A DNA stretch of 53,328 nt, counting the filler, from Stramenopiles sp. TOSAG23-2 (taxonomy: Eukaryota): NCBI GenBank assembly GCA_900128395.1. It is 3 parts of 3 records of this genome, joined end to end, with 100 filler letters (N's around TTAATTAATTAA, not from the genome) between each part and the next. Parts side by side here need not be neighbours in the genome. Positions count along the whole stretch, not along the records: positions 1 to 17,711 come from LT649630.1; positions 17,812 to 35,520 come from LT649631.1; 1 more part is not named here. One strand, written 5' to 3'. Shown piece after piece: positions 13,901 to 22,396 of this stretch (positions within the stretch are counted from its first letter, which is position 1; each line of letters opens with the position of its first letter). The notes below the pieces were generated by a model. It was not told the DNA's origin and made no database searches. It was given only the letters and a program-made list of their open reading frames with translations. The position numbers and the translations under genes were made by a program.

Positions 13901-16900
13901 CGAAATTTCGGTGTCAAAAGCATTTAGAGAAACAGCGGTGGACAAAGTAAAGGAACTTGCTTCAGAAAGAGCAGGTATGGTTGGAAAAATAAGTGAAATT
14001 AAAGATAGACTAAATGTACATCAGGAAAAGTCAGATGACTTAACCAAACAATTTCATACTATCATGGACCCAATAGTCATTCAGTTGGAACAAGTAAATA
14101 TTGAATTTAGCTCTACATCTCACAAAGATGAAATAACGAGTTTAAAAAAACTTGATAAACCATCACCACAAATTGTTGTGGTAGTCGAAGCCCTTTGCAT
14201 ACTTTTTGGTATTAGGCCACAAAAAAGTAAAAATGATACCGTTAGTGGGGTAGACTACTTTGAAGCAGCTAGAAAACACGTATTTAACAATTCTTCGAAT
14301 TTATTGCAGAGGATTTTGGAATTTGATCGAAAGAGCATAACAGATGATATTTTTGCAATTATGATGCAGTTTCAGGCAAAGAAAACGTTCGTTCCGAAGG
14401 CAGTTAAGCGACAATCAAAATTTTGCGCGTTGTTGTGCAAATGGATTCGGATTGTTGTTGACTTTTCAAAAGCTATGCGAACAGCAGCACCAATAGAAAC
14501 TGAACTAAGAGACGTAGCTCACAATCTTGAAATGGCATCACTTGATTTGCATGAATGTGATACTAAGTTAGCTGGGATAGATGAAAATCTTTCAAAATAT
14601 AACATGCAAAAAGAAGAATTTACAGCCAAGGAGGTTCAAGCACAGATTAAGGTTGCAATGTTACATGCCAATTTTGAAAAGACAGCACTCATATTACAAT
14701 CGTTGAAACAATTTGAAAAGAAATGGAATCAAGAATTAGTTGGAATAGAAGATATACAGCATTGTGTCGCTGGTGATGCAATATACATTGCAACCTTCAC
14801 TACGTACTGCAATATCCTTCCTGATAATGAACGAACGAAACTCTTGCTAAGCGTAAGAAACGTTTGCAAAGAATATCATATAAACATATCAGAAAGTATA
14901 GACATGTCGTTGCTAATCGATTCGAATAATATGGATCAAACAATTAAAAACTCAAAGATAGAACAATGCAGTCGCTGGTCTATAAAAGACTGCCTTTTGA
15001 TTCAAGAAGCACCACGTTGTATCATGTTAGTCGATCCGTTTGACTTTGCAAGCGACATGTTAAACTCGCTTTATCCAAGTAACGATCCTGTGGATGTAAT
15101 CTCAATTCATCATATTGATTGTAAGAAAGAAATACATGATGATACAAAGTTGTCGCCATTAATTATTCAAATAGAACATATTGATAATGATATTGAAACT
15201 ATTACAAAGCTGCTATTTAGCCCTGATCTGAAAAGTGAGGATAGTGATTATGAAGACTATCCACCAATTAGCAGAAAAATCTTTTTATCGACGGATCAAC
15301 CAACATTAATGCTGCCAGAACCGTTGTTTAATAAATTAAGTGTTGTAAACTTAGCCAATGATGATGTTATTAATAAATTCCTAGTAAATTCAATGATTTC
15401 CTTAGATCCTGCTGTGACAAAACATCAGTCCGTGATGTTAAAAGAACGAGAAAAGGCGACTCAACAAATTAGTCGCATTGATCTACAGTTACAAGAAATT
15501 TTACAAAGCCCTTCCTTAGAGAAAATTTATGAAAAGTCAGATGAAATAATCGTATGTGCAAATGAATGGCGAGAACTTGATGATGTTATCAATCGTGTAA
15601 AACGACAGCTTTCAGCATTGGAGGAGGATTTGAAATTATGGACTCCGATTGCTGATGCAATGAAAAATATTATGAACTTCATGCTAACTATATGCAAGTT
15701 TAGATCCATATACAAATATAGTTTCCACAGTCTTATACAGTTGTTTTTCCAAACCCTAAAACAGATTAAGAAGCAGAGACATACGAAGATATTAGCAGAG
15801 CGTATCAAAAAGGTGTTTATTGGGAACACTTATAGATATTTTTTCCCTTCTTTTATTGCTGAGGATATTCTACCTGCAACATTTTTATACTTTTGGGAGC
15901 TCAACAAGTCAAATGAACAATTGCAACTTTTTAAATCGATTTTTGAGGAATCAATGCATGATACAAGTGAAAAAATAGATGAAGGGGATGGTAGAAGCGA
16001 AGACTTGGAAATACTTAGCAGAATGACATGGTTACAAGAAGGATTCCCAAATCGAATTGCAAAATTAGAAACGTCCTCAAAATTAAAAGGCATAACCAAA
16101 GCTTTGATGGAGAAACCCGAGGAATTTTACAATTTGATGAATTCCGATTTCACTGAGCATGATTTTGACCGGGTTACGTTTTTTACTGCGAGATTCGGTA
16201 CAATTGAGGAAAATGTTACTGCGGCTACTGCGTTCGGCAATAGAGGACAATCATCCTCTAATTTTGATCTGGGGGATAGAATATTAGGTAAAATGACCAT
16301 TCTTTATTGTTTTCTGGGAATGGGTGGAAAAACGAAATCGTTTTTACATGATTGGATTATACATTATTCGAAAGGGTGTAAACTGTATGATCCAGCCGAA
16401 GATATGTTTGGAAATTCTATCATGTTGGGTAGCAATCGAAAACCGGTTATTATTGTTGGTGATACAAGAAGAAATTTAATAGTTAGTCTTAGATCGTTTG
16501 CGGAGAGCAAAAATGCTCTTCGTAACTTGAAAATACATTCTTATACTGATAACACTGCTGATCGTCTTAATGAAGTCATTGTAAATGGCATGGATCGTGG
16601 TGATTGGATTGTCATAACTAATATGGATTTTACTAATAAAGTATTCTGGAGATACCACAAGACATGCTGTTCAGTTGATACAAGCAGAATTGATAAAGCA
16701 TTTCGTTTAATTTTGATACATTCACCTGGTGTGTCTGTTCCTCGTGAAATTGTAGGGAAATGTGTTGTACATCGTTATAACAATAAATTAGCTTTACATG
16801 ACCATTTGGTTCATCTATATTCTATTGTTAGAAAGTCTTTGTACGAATATGAGATTCCAGCAGAAACTCTGGAAGAAAAGAATGAAGCTTTGAATAAAAA

Positions 16901-17411
16901 AATATTCTCAAAACGATCGCTTTTTTGTCTTGCATATTTCCACGCGAAACTTGAATGTGAGCTTATCTTTACTAATAGAGATAACAATGGAATCATCTCC
17001 GATGATATTTTTCTTTCATCACATGAACTGTTAGTTTTTATTTTGATTAATGGTAATGAACATGATGCGAATCCACTAATTCATCGTGCTATTATTGAAG
17101 GTATATATGAACATACTTTGTCTATGAATGGCGAAGATAATAAGGAAAATATTGCATTAATAAGTAAATTGTTTGATCAAATTTTTGTTCAATGTAATCG
17201 ATTGAAATCGAAGGTTATTGATCCAGATGATCCATCGTCTTCTTTTGTATCAACTAATAGACTTTCCGATGTAATCACTGAGTTAAGGAGGTCTCGTCAA
17301 ACATTTGACGAGCCTGAAGATGGTTTTAGAGACTTTTTGTCCAATCATGAAGAACATATGACGGAAAATATTGTAGTGAAAATTTTGTGTAAAATTATTA
17401 AATTGATGTAA
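4965..17411 (+). CDS. Divergent axonemal dynein heavy chain (DNAH1-like N-terminus) with degenerate AAA1/AAA3/AAA4 motifs; C-terminal cap absent
   Basis: 4148-aa single-exon ORF. Tail (LPLWTFD, WEKCKILSYD), linker (LKDRHWLEIS, YLNSKRAICNRLYLLNDADL, PEWLNVVQHEM), AAA1 region (YEWLKHPRY, YGNEFL, MITPL), WHDGV, LPSGEKL, stalk/MTBD (KPSPQIVVVVEALCILFG, LCKWI), GDWIVITN, LFCLAYFHA. Confidence 0.9.
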   Translation: MDGSKNIEAFLRYASKSLKRPTEPSRKKSKDNHNNTDSNGSIINQRPPRKSANITASYQTYKSKSSAIRPPSRITKQWNAPVTLRIPTNSKGIQSLEKLSSNQKKQYKFKKPHPPNSRKVKGKKYMKHRGKADSDIKGVASRGNKFAANTEVASQQLKSLSPSERIGTNYSISTLCLTLKLIGDLKVVQENKDDYTQQIEKRWKALKESYIKENKMFLKIDTSKLPLWTFDTTPQTLNDDNDNNNDNNNNKSNSSNNSDNTIKYAYAKYYNGQAFHWEKCKILSYDPVTNMYTIEFIESRKTKKLRSMFISFADYESISETEKRILTAKEEREHTKIVLRFLHFVEMQKDSINMEPPPNLEVEILSKLALMPMEDSQEIAKLILEFRENYYNSQKKAAAIYHLMSPLNDPLRHYLKLPGPAELRADNVFGCDAKSFIRPSYIRGQGCVSKQNINNLQSAAIFMRKGTVNAVMKTSYTWYPHFESVCLFETEAFAKKLEIEEPQTKSSKTSSTAFITPPPKKKKNRRLRTATIAAIAAIHLAEQPEGGDEVTKKQHKSSLNHIFRRKPLFILRNKIQNSRISLEDFHQLQTYHIEAVMKQMHKVWRNEIIDSLQKLHSSKFKFDVYTTKLELLDPRFIQLMKRIDLQMSYQLCKLIIRSFDEFITFVKDRSLTKEEESRLMNDYERKSIENIIDVTASDDGNENDSDNIIYFPLLLNVLEKEKKRSYSIYSNASNSESDDEQITASNGIGRSLNRIVTNSKCLYGPAVRSLINIEMEIDMNSVQTNFITFSPTLEEIENRFITTIESGFNQCNIIEAPVKYILQFISFTDDKSLFGEFDSLLHQKHEETKRQISQLLRIQFDQISIIVKLYQEFASILNIDDEKLIDYIFDECPDGYKEKRVVDSRVKKSEDEAEDLFDGYRGESGPTSVQSEIRRFSAIRDEILLKSHNEEYIGIFAVNFQTIKQTIAAKASNIAKRLTDQVLVNAQKKYLQLLTEYNMISDKLNAPIENEKDVFATRTFLAETPDLVLELTERHYNISERIRLLGEFFVNESYECFEMSWTLYQWPMKIEKLKDECSFRIMSISRKLQQIITSEEKAVDERVHNIKMEVVKFRKFGDYEKVDYFAGEAAAVHGHLENIHDKAVELNEREINLDSSPTEFMDLERIMRDFSPYFKLWTTYSDAISDVSNWKTSSFWLLKTSEILEKVALWKEDSSTLLSHFHKERIRDPRNVAEKYQEHVLIFSQYLDLIKVLKHHALKDRHWLEISNILGFEIKPSTEISLNTIIEKESHTKIDILKDILVKAEKELSCEMQFEKVSDDWHHCNAKTGLVKSFQLNIIISFDETFASTDDLIIRVEEILKSPFSTSVKADADALLKDMSMLQAIFRTCRSFQDTAILLCGLFNQENIRSVMAAEARKFTSMLSSWKRAGNDIKRQPSLSTICEMPNIYEKFKSWLDIVKNIDHKKEVYLNSKRAICNRLYLLNDADLMEMMSIENHVLHVEKFVRNAFPGIITLNKSEVVIDVEEVNDEDEKKGGNVVEEKRTPSWLVDGLNGFGEDNLKLQNAVEASVEKFPEWLNVVQHEMQSAMRNEILNLESSMEKRILYSSLQVALIHDKILWNRLVEDKIMNQNLGSIWQYVNDDIMFLIESLKDKNSALNARHREIQSILHWKLTARDLASELDRCKVSSTKEYEWLKHPRYTTHKEVDANSGELVTTLSVQVIEGDIKYGNEFLNAESSMMITPLGDKYIRVMTSSYICCYGNTLHGDEGTYETSIFHSVANSIGLPSFLYKCQKGSNAVSLSRFIRGITSSGVWGGFVDYDKLHVQYAASLVLEMRQAMQVKRAKKSLFKDFKIDHGFHLCILNSITSSISKKKVNRDFSSFRALHISMPNYNMMIKLYLTTFGFIHSTLNVNIEKFFHLYYDSAIIEPSVRFENWFLYSQIFSVITINSKNATTCNINNLISQMLYNLIQRTCSEKDCLHLKSILEGSFATGDVSTEIVEMDLEEEDDKRLVNKCQSLGITPYSSFIASLKSLENSINTSNKPSLIYGREGTGKSMIPKVIYSDKKDSVLHVYTSAITFENLIGSFYGSPCIWHDGVISTYLRNQRVHDDSVIIFDTISSTEFLDVVLHNNNTQNEDETYFLLPSGEKLNVAPKIIIESTEIANFTPRDLSNVSLLYCSPIDSFWQGLCCSWIDKHTQIYPKIKELRDVTVALFEWLLPAMVASFSSNGFTNQAVNATLQIYSTMLHQFHEGSDSENDEPDKAKENKKKSRNHGKKKMSNKNEDALEALFVYSVIWGFGGKFQDVNERSLFEGNLRGLLNGSTTGGYSEAQNSKNKAEHYFNKNCLGVGGPIERKSKLPLPPQQSIFELIYSLEKNKWVKAFIEPAAETVSNVSPFFSNIYSQPSLPLLQTLMSSNKNFYICGNDRDDRIATLRNSITNNNSDQNLFISPTHVRNDLVYFRTFVEKHINPYGNKLCKPKDGKILKIVVEDLSMHDNADGKNAILETMRQIQDVHQWYNHERQSFMDIESVSFAGTFATQTAQSQSLARVLNRSIIINVADLSQGILQSVLSQHLIGSLDKRIAGSLCEATVDLYQSIRAATMQDTVAYPTVFSFKNIVSTLLSIFNHVDTSVSSIIWNGWSHACARVFRDSIYDANMYDSCMANMVQKYSLPLTKNRFFIDRYNFFTSLGNDEGMINAVDENEFLRLIETIEIKQEEDGVVHFPILSKKKSCLTDAAHLLHVVYDSNEDVVFAGEASLEKEYTISLLANITARTHVKVSTVDEIMQVLQRNTTTKEKLIIAVSNANVGKMEKSIIKFNDPTWFLNVALEMYANNITLVKEIFNSWKSRCRIVYLVEHVAFKNPAIRRNTRIVFSTNSQQNDIIDVFPNTYHSQTFVTHSRAKFDNIFSSIMKKVNEISPYNAGPLHYYDFVREYERIIKFYEIYTDMKSNELTIILENIQSLKNESNDIQAKNDNLENEISVSKAFRETAVDKVKELASERAGMVGKISEIKDRLNVHQEKSDDLTKQFHTIMDPIVIQLEQVNIEFSSTSHKDEITSLKKLDKPSPQIVVVVEALCILFGIRPQKSKNDTVSGVDYFEAARKHVFNNSSNLLQRILEFDRKSITDDIFAIMMQFQAKKTFVPKAVKRQSKFCALLCKWIRIVVDFSKAMRTAAPIETELRDVAHNLEMASLDLHECDTKLAGIDENLSKYNMQKEEFTAKEVQAQIKVAMLHANFEKTALILQSLKQFEKKWNQELVGIEDIQHCVAGDAIYIATFTTYCNILPDNERTKLLLSVRNVCKEYHINISESIDMSLLIDSNNMDQTIKNSKIEQCSRWSIKDCLLIQEAPRCIMLVDPFDFASDMLNSLYPSNDPVDVISIHHIDCKKEIHDDTKLSPLIIQIEHIDNDIETITKLLFSPDLKSEDSDYEDYPPISRKIFLSTDQPTLMLPEPLFNKLSVVNLANDDVINKFLVNSMISLDPAVTKHQSVMLKEREKATQQISRIDLQLQEILQSPSLEKIYEKSDEIIVCANEWRELDDVINRVKRQLSALEEDLKLWTPIADAMKNIMNFMLTICKFRSIYKYSFHSLIQLFFQTLKQIKKQRHTKILAERIKKVFIGNTYRYFFPSFIAEDILPATFLYFWELNKSNEQLQLFKSIFEESMHDTSEKIDEGDGRSEDLEILSRMTWLQEGFPNRIAKLETSSKLKGITKALMEKPEEFYNLMNSDFTEHDFDRVTFFTARFGTIEENVTAATAFGNRGQSSSNFDLGDRILGKMTILYCFLGMGGKTKSFLHDWIIHYSKGCKLYDPAEDMFGNSIMLGSNRKPVIIVGDTRRNLIVSLRSFAESKNALRNLKIHSYTDNTADRLNEVIVNGMDRGDWIVITNMDFTNKVFWRYHKTCCSVDTSRIDKAFRLILIHSPGVSVPREIVGKCVVHRYNNKLALHDHLVHLYSIVRKSLYEYEIPAETLEEKNEALNKKIFSKRSLFCLAYFHAKLECELIFTNRDNNGIISDDIFLSSHELLVFILINGNEHDANPLIHRAIIEGIYEHTLSMNGEDNKENIALISKLFDQIFVQCNRLKSKVIDPDDPSSSFVSTNRLSDVITELRRSRQTFDEPEDGFRDFLSNHEEHMTENIVVKILCKIIKLM

Positions 17412-17711
17412 AAAAAAAAGCTAAAAAATATAATTTACAAAAAATAAATTACCTCTCAAGTACAAAAAACACCTAATTTCTCCTATCAAATATAGCAAAC
17501 ACTACAAATCTACTGAGTATATGAAAAGGACTACATTAAGTATAAATATGATAGGAAATGAAAAACAGAAAACATGGCAGAAAAACATCATTTTCAAGAG
17601 TAAAATGTTGAAAGGCCTGTGTCCATGCTAATTTTATAATGCTATTTCCATATATTAAAAAAACTTCATAGGGAGAATTATCATTACTATAGAAAATAAC
17701 AAAAAATCTCC

Positions 17712-17811
17712 NNNNNNNNNNNNNNNNNNNNNNNNNNNNNNNNNNNNNNNNNNNNTTAATTAATTAANNNNNNNNNNNNNNNNNNNNNNNNNNNNNNNNN
17801 NNNNNNNNNNN
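17712..17811. other. Artificial 100-nt contig spacer
   Basis: N44 + TTAATTAATTAA (stops in all six frames) + N44. Confidence 0.98.
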
Positions 17812-18063
17812 TATTTTCAATGTTTTTCCTTTGTTTTCATGTAATGAAATGAAAAATCCATCATCATAGCAATGATTTACTAAAATTTAGATAATAAAAG
17901 CTGAAAATGATGATTTTATAGAAATTTGATGGAAAATATGCGATTAGCAATGGTATTAGTATGTAGCGCGTAATTATAAATAAACCCATCACGAAACTAA
18001 AATAATAATTAATATATATGAGATATATACATTTATATAAAATAAATAATATTTTAATCCACC

Positions 18064-20217
18064 TCACCCACTACATTCGGTACTACTAACATCACCAAGA
18101 TTCACTGCCCCTTGATCGTTAGCATATTTTAAATAATCTTCATACGACACATCACTAACACATTGACCGTTCTTAAATAATGTGCCTTTACCACAACAAT
18201 TAGCACCTCTACAATCGTAAAATACAGCCCCTACAGCAGCAGCAATTGTGGTAGCTGCAATATGCGTTACAGTTGGAGATGCAGTTGATCTACCATCTAG
18301 TACATTAATCGCAGCCGCTGTTGTAGTCAAAATACCTGCTGTAACGAGTTCATTGTATTTTCCTGTCGTTGTTGTCCCTGCACTTTTACTAGTCCCTTTA
18401 TATGGAGTTGTGGTTGTCTTTTTTACACCATAGATACTTTCTAGATTTGGTGTTACAGATGCTCCATTACTTTGACAAATCGAATTACTATTTCTTCCAT
18501 TACGTGAAAATGAATTAGTAATTTCACCAAAGTTTGTTATTGATGTTGTAGTGGGCATTTCGCTCCTTTGTAACATCCGTAACGTGGGCGCACATGTACT
18601 TGTACAAGATTGCAAGTTCGTACTAAAACCTGGTTCGCGAAAACATTCTGCAAAATTGGTTGCATTGCTCTTTGCATCTGTATAACTCTTCGAATCCATA
18701 CAATTAAAAAATTCATTTTCGCATGCTTCTGAACATGTATTTGTTATGCCTAAGCAACCAGCTAGCCAATGTTCTTTGTTTAGTACATCTTTATGCCCAC
18801 CATCAATACTACCATCGGAACTAGGTGAAAATCGCAATAAATTACCAGCATGGCTTTCTAAAATTAATTTGTCATGCATATATATTGCAGATGATTTTGA
18901 CAAGTCAGTTTGATCAGTGCTGACTTGATCATTTGTATATTCCATGACGCAATCAATCATCGGTTTTGGCTGGTGATAACATGGATAAATAGGCCAATAT
19001 TTACATTCTGTACATGGTTGCTGTTGTATGCATTGTTGTTTATATTGCACAAACGAATCTTCTGAGCATTGAGCTTGCATTCCAGGCAAATACGGTTTCA
19101 TACCATTTACCCCCATCCCACTACCACCTTGCCATACTCCAAGAATAGTTGATTTCGAATAGTTTTGAAAACAAAAAGCTGTATACGCTGCAAACATGGA
19201 ATTCTGCGAAAAACCTTCTGTATACAATTTGTTATGATTCAATAAATTATCTTTTTCAATAAAATTAAAAACATATTTCAAATAGATAATATCATCACTA
19301 TCTTCATTACTACATGGCATAGGTGCTTTGTCGTTGACAATATTATTATTACCAAAATCCCAATGACCTGCTGGTGAGGATAAACCTATTGTTGCATATC
19401 CATACCGTCCAGCTGCTGAATTTGTAGGTGAATTTGTATTTATCATATCCATACCACCTAATGTATCTTTTGCATAACACTGCATTCGTAATAAAACAGG
19501 CAAAACTTCTGTTTTTCTATTACTTGGCCGAAAAACGGTAAAGCAACGTTGTACCACTTGTTCATTTATTTCAAGCCAAAAAGTATATGTTGTAAATCCT
19601 TTTGTTTCATCACCACATTCACACGAACCTTTATTATTAGTTGCACATCTAGTTGGTATGGACGGTTTTGACGTTGGCTCATTATTATTATTTCCTCCTC
19701 CGGTTCCATCTTTCAATGCTTTCATTGCTGATGTATCTGAGCAAGTTCGTATAGGGCATTTTCCAGCAATTGGTCCAACTCCTTCTTCCAACTCATTCCT
19801 ACATTGTTGATATGCTTGTCCTTGCGTTTTTCCTTCGTTTTTTTTAAAATTAACACAGTTAACAAATTCTCCTGAACATTCACTAGAGCATTCTGAACCT
19901 GAAGTTGGTGACGTACTTGGGGCTGTAGACCCTCCTTTTAATGCAGCCATTGCTGATGTATCGGTGCATGTTTTTACAGTACACGCATTTGCAATAGGAC
20001 CGGTTCCACCTTCCAGTTCATTTCTACATTGTTGATATGCTTGCGCCTCTGTCTTACCATTTATATTTTTTTGATGTGGAACACAATTATTTACAAACTC
20101 GTTGGAACATGCTGTGCTACATACTGCACCATTGATTTTTTTCACACACGTAATAAGGATGGATATAGAAATTACTTGTAATATTTTTATGATTCTCATT
20201 TTGATACTTTTATACAA
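18064..20217 (-). CDS. Secreted alpha/beta-hydrolase (LpqC/PHB-depolymerase/CE1-like esterase) with Cys-rich repeats and Thr-rich tail
   Basis: Signal peptide (start may be the Met at 20199), DDIIYLKYVF, nucleophile elbow YTEGFSQNSMFA, candidate catalytic GGH, repeated CSxxCxxEFxNC modules. Confidence 0.7.
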   Translation of the reverse strand: MYKSIKMRIIKILQVISISILITCVKKINGAVCSTACSNEFVNNCVPHQKNINGKTEAQAYQQCRNELEGGTGPIANACTVKTCTDTSAMAALKGGSTAPSTSPTSGSECSSECSGEFVNCVNFKKNEGKTQGQAYQQCRNELEEGVGPIAGKCPIRTCSDTSAMKALKDGTGGGNNNNEPTSKPSIPTRCATNNKGSCECGDETKGFTTYTFWLEINEQVVQRCFTVFRPSNRKTEVLPVLLRMQCYAKDTLGGMDMINTNSPTNSAAGRYGYATIGLSSPAGHWDFGNNNIVNDKAPMPCSNEDSDDIIYLKYVFNFIEKDNLLNHNKLYTEGFSQNSMFAAYTAFCFQNYSKSTILGVWQGGSGMGVNGMKPYLPGMQAQCSEDSFVQYKQQCIQQQPCTECKYWPIYPCYHQPKPMIDCVMEYTNDQVSTDQTDLSKSSAIYMHDKLILESHAGNLLRFSPSSDGSIDGGHKDVLNKEHWLAGCLGITNTCSEACENEFFNCMDSKSYTDAKSNATNFAECFREPGFSTNLQSCTSTCAPTLRMLQRSEMPTTTSITNFGEITNSFSRNGRNSNSICQSNGASVTPNLESIYGVKKTTTTPYKGTSKSAGTTTTGKYNELVTAGILTTTAAAINVLDGRSTASPTVTHIAATTIAAAVGAVFYDCRGANCCGKGTLFKNGQCVSDVSYEDYLKYANDQGAVNLGDVSSTECSG

Positions 20218-20679
20218 TATATATATATATATATTACTATTTACACGTCTGATTGTATATATATATCGTTTTACTTTCTATTCTTCTTTTGATATATATA
20301 TATACATAAAGAAGTGTGTTTTTGGATCTTTCTATCCTGTAACTATTAACATAGGAATACCACTGGACCACACAAAAAAGTTTACTGTATCCAAAACAGT
20401 GCCCGATGATGTTTTCCTTGTCAGGGTATATAATACTGGCAAAAGGAAAATCTCTGCGGTGTCCAGAGTAGCCCTAAAAGTCTAGGACCTAGATTAGAGT
20501 AGCCCGATGATAAACAGGCAAAACTAGCTCTAGCCTTATTGAACTTATGTGCTTAGTAGGAATAAAAAATAAAAATAAAAATATTCATTTAATTTAAAAT
20601 ATTTGTACGCGTAAAATTATTCATGCTTTCGCATATGAGTGTGTAGTATGAATTATAAAGCAAGTAAAATCTCTCATCA

Positions 20680-20798
20680 TCATGTACAAGCAATTCTCCC
20701 CAATGTGCTAATGCAGATGCTATCAATAAGACCAGGGGTAACAATACACCCACTTGCATTAAAAAGTTTTCTAGCATTTTTATATTCCTTTTTATCAC

Positions 20799-20829
<31 letters not shown>

Positions 20830-21885
20830 TTCATTTGGTTTACAAACTTTTGCTATTTTTCCATTTAATATAAAGATATCATATGGTTCATTATTAATAT
20901 TGTTGCTTGGATCGATAATATTTCCAGAATGAATGATTAAATCATATGTTATCATTGTTCCTTCTTCTTTTTTCAATGTTGTTTTCTTCTTCTTTAATAA
21001 TACAGCCTCTTTTTCTACAATTTGCTGTTGTTGTTGCTGTTGTTGACTATTACTTCTACCTTGACTTGTTCCACCCCCTAAACTTAAATGACACATGTAT
21101 CCTCCATCAACAACTAAGGATGTACCTGTTATATAATCACTATCATTACTACATAAAAACAATGCACTATTTGCTATCTCCATGTCTTGTCCCAACCGCC
21201 CCCATGGAAGTGTAGCCCCTTTTTCTTCTATTTCTTCTTTTGTATGAAATTTTAATTCACCTAAAGTAAAAATCCAACCAGGTAATATGGAATTGACATT
21301 CACTCGAAAACTAGTCATTTCTTTAGCTAAACAACGTACAAGATGTTCTATGGCCGCTTTGCTCATAGCATATGCATATGCTCCAACAGATGCAAATCGA
21401 CCCATAATGGATCCAATTACTAAAATTTTTCCATGCGATTCTGCACCTTTTTCCCTCTCAATGCTTTGTAAATGTTTTGAAGCAGCTTTTAAAATATGAA
21501 ATGTACCGAATTGCGTCACCTCAAAAGTTTTCAATGCACCTTCCCATTCTGTATTTGTTATTGATGTTGTCCTTTCTGAAAACGAAGCATTTGATATAAT
21601 ATTAGTTATTTTACCAAACTTATTAATTGCTGCATTAAATGCATTTTCAACTTCTATGCTGTTTGCTACGTTGCATGAATATCCAAATGTTTCTATGGTT
21701 GGATATTGTTTTTTCAATTCATTTAATTTAACTTGAATTTTTTCAATATCAATAATATCAAATATAATTATATTGGAACCTTCTGATGCAAATTTTTCAC
21801 ATATTGCCAATCCAATTCCTGAACAACCACCTGTAATTAATGATGTTATTCCTTTTAACTTTTGTTGTTGTTGTTGTTTCTCCAT
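20680..21885 (-). CDS. Classical short-chain dehydrogenase/reductase fused via poly-Gln linker to the N-terminal fragment of a dihydroorotase-like amidohydrolase
   Basis: TGGCSGIG, SNAS, YAMSK, VNSILPG, YITGTSLVVDGG; then YDLIIHSGNIIDP, IFILNGKIAKV, ASGCIVTPGLID, followed by a frame break. Confidence 0.85.
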
Positions 21886-22396
21886 TTTTTTTTATATAAA
21901 CTGTTGTCTATGTTGGATGTATATATTTTTTATATCTATCTTTCGTTTTCTTTCCCACTTATATAATATCTTTTCATATAAATGGTAGTCTACGTTGGAT
22001 GTATATTTATATCTATCGTTTTCTTTTTTTCCCACTTACTATATATATTTTTGTTTTATAAATATGCATATCTTTTTTTGCCTTTCTGTCGTAATTCAAC
22101 TTTGTGTTGCACTGTTGTGTTTTTTTGCAATTACATACTGTATAAAAAATACAATTACACACTCATAAATTATTAAAATATAATAGCATGATCATATCAT
22201 TACATTATCACACCAATGCTTCATCAACAACCACAATTATATAATAATAAATATCAATCATCACAATCACATCATCATAATTTTATTATAGTGTGTGTGC
22301 ATACATATGACTAAGCGCTCTATATGCATAGAAAGAAGAGAAGAGAAGATACATACATATAAATATACATATACATAAACAACAACAAAAACAGCC

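Noticed and set aside
5270-16996. Many short antisense ORFs inside the dynein gene (likewise within NNT, RBR and Reeler genes)
   Set aside because: Shadow frames of long coding regions with no recognisable motifs.
17712-17811. TTAATTAATTAA palindrome within N runs (also 35521-35620)
   Set aside because: Artificial concatenation linker. Contig lengths 17711, 17709 and 17708 suggest size-sorted joining, so adjacency across spacers is meaningless.
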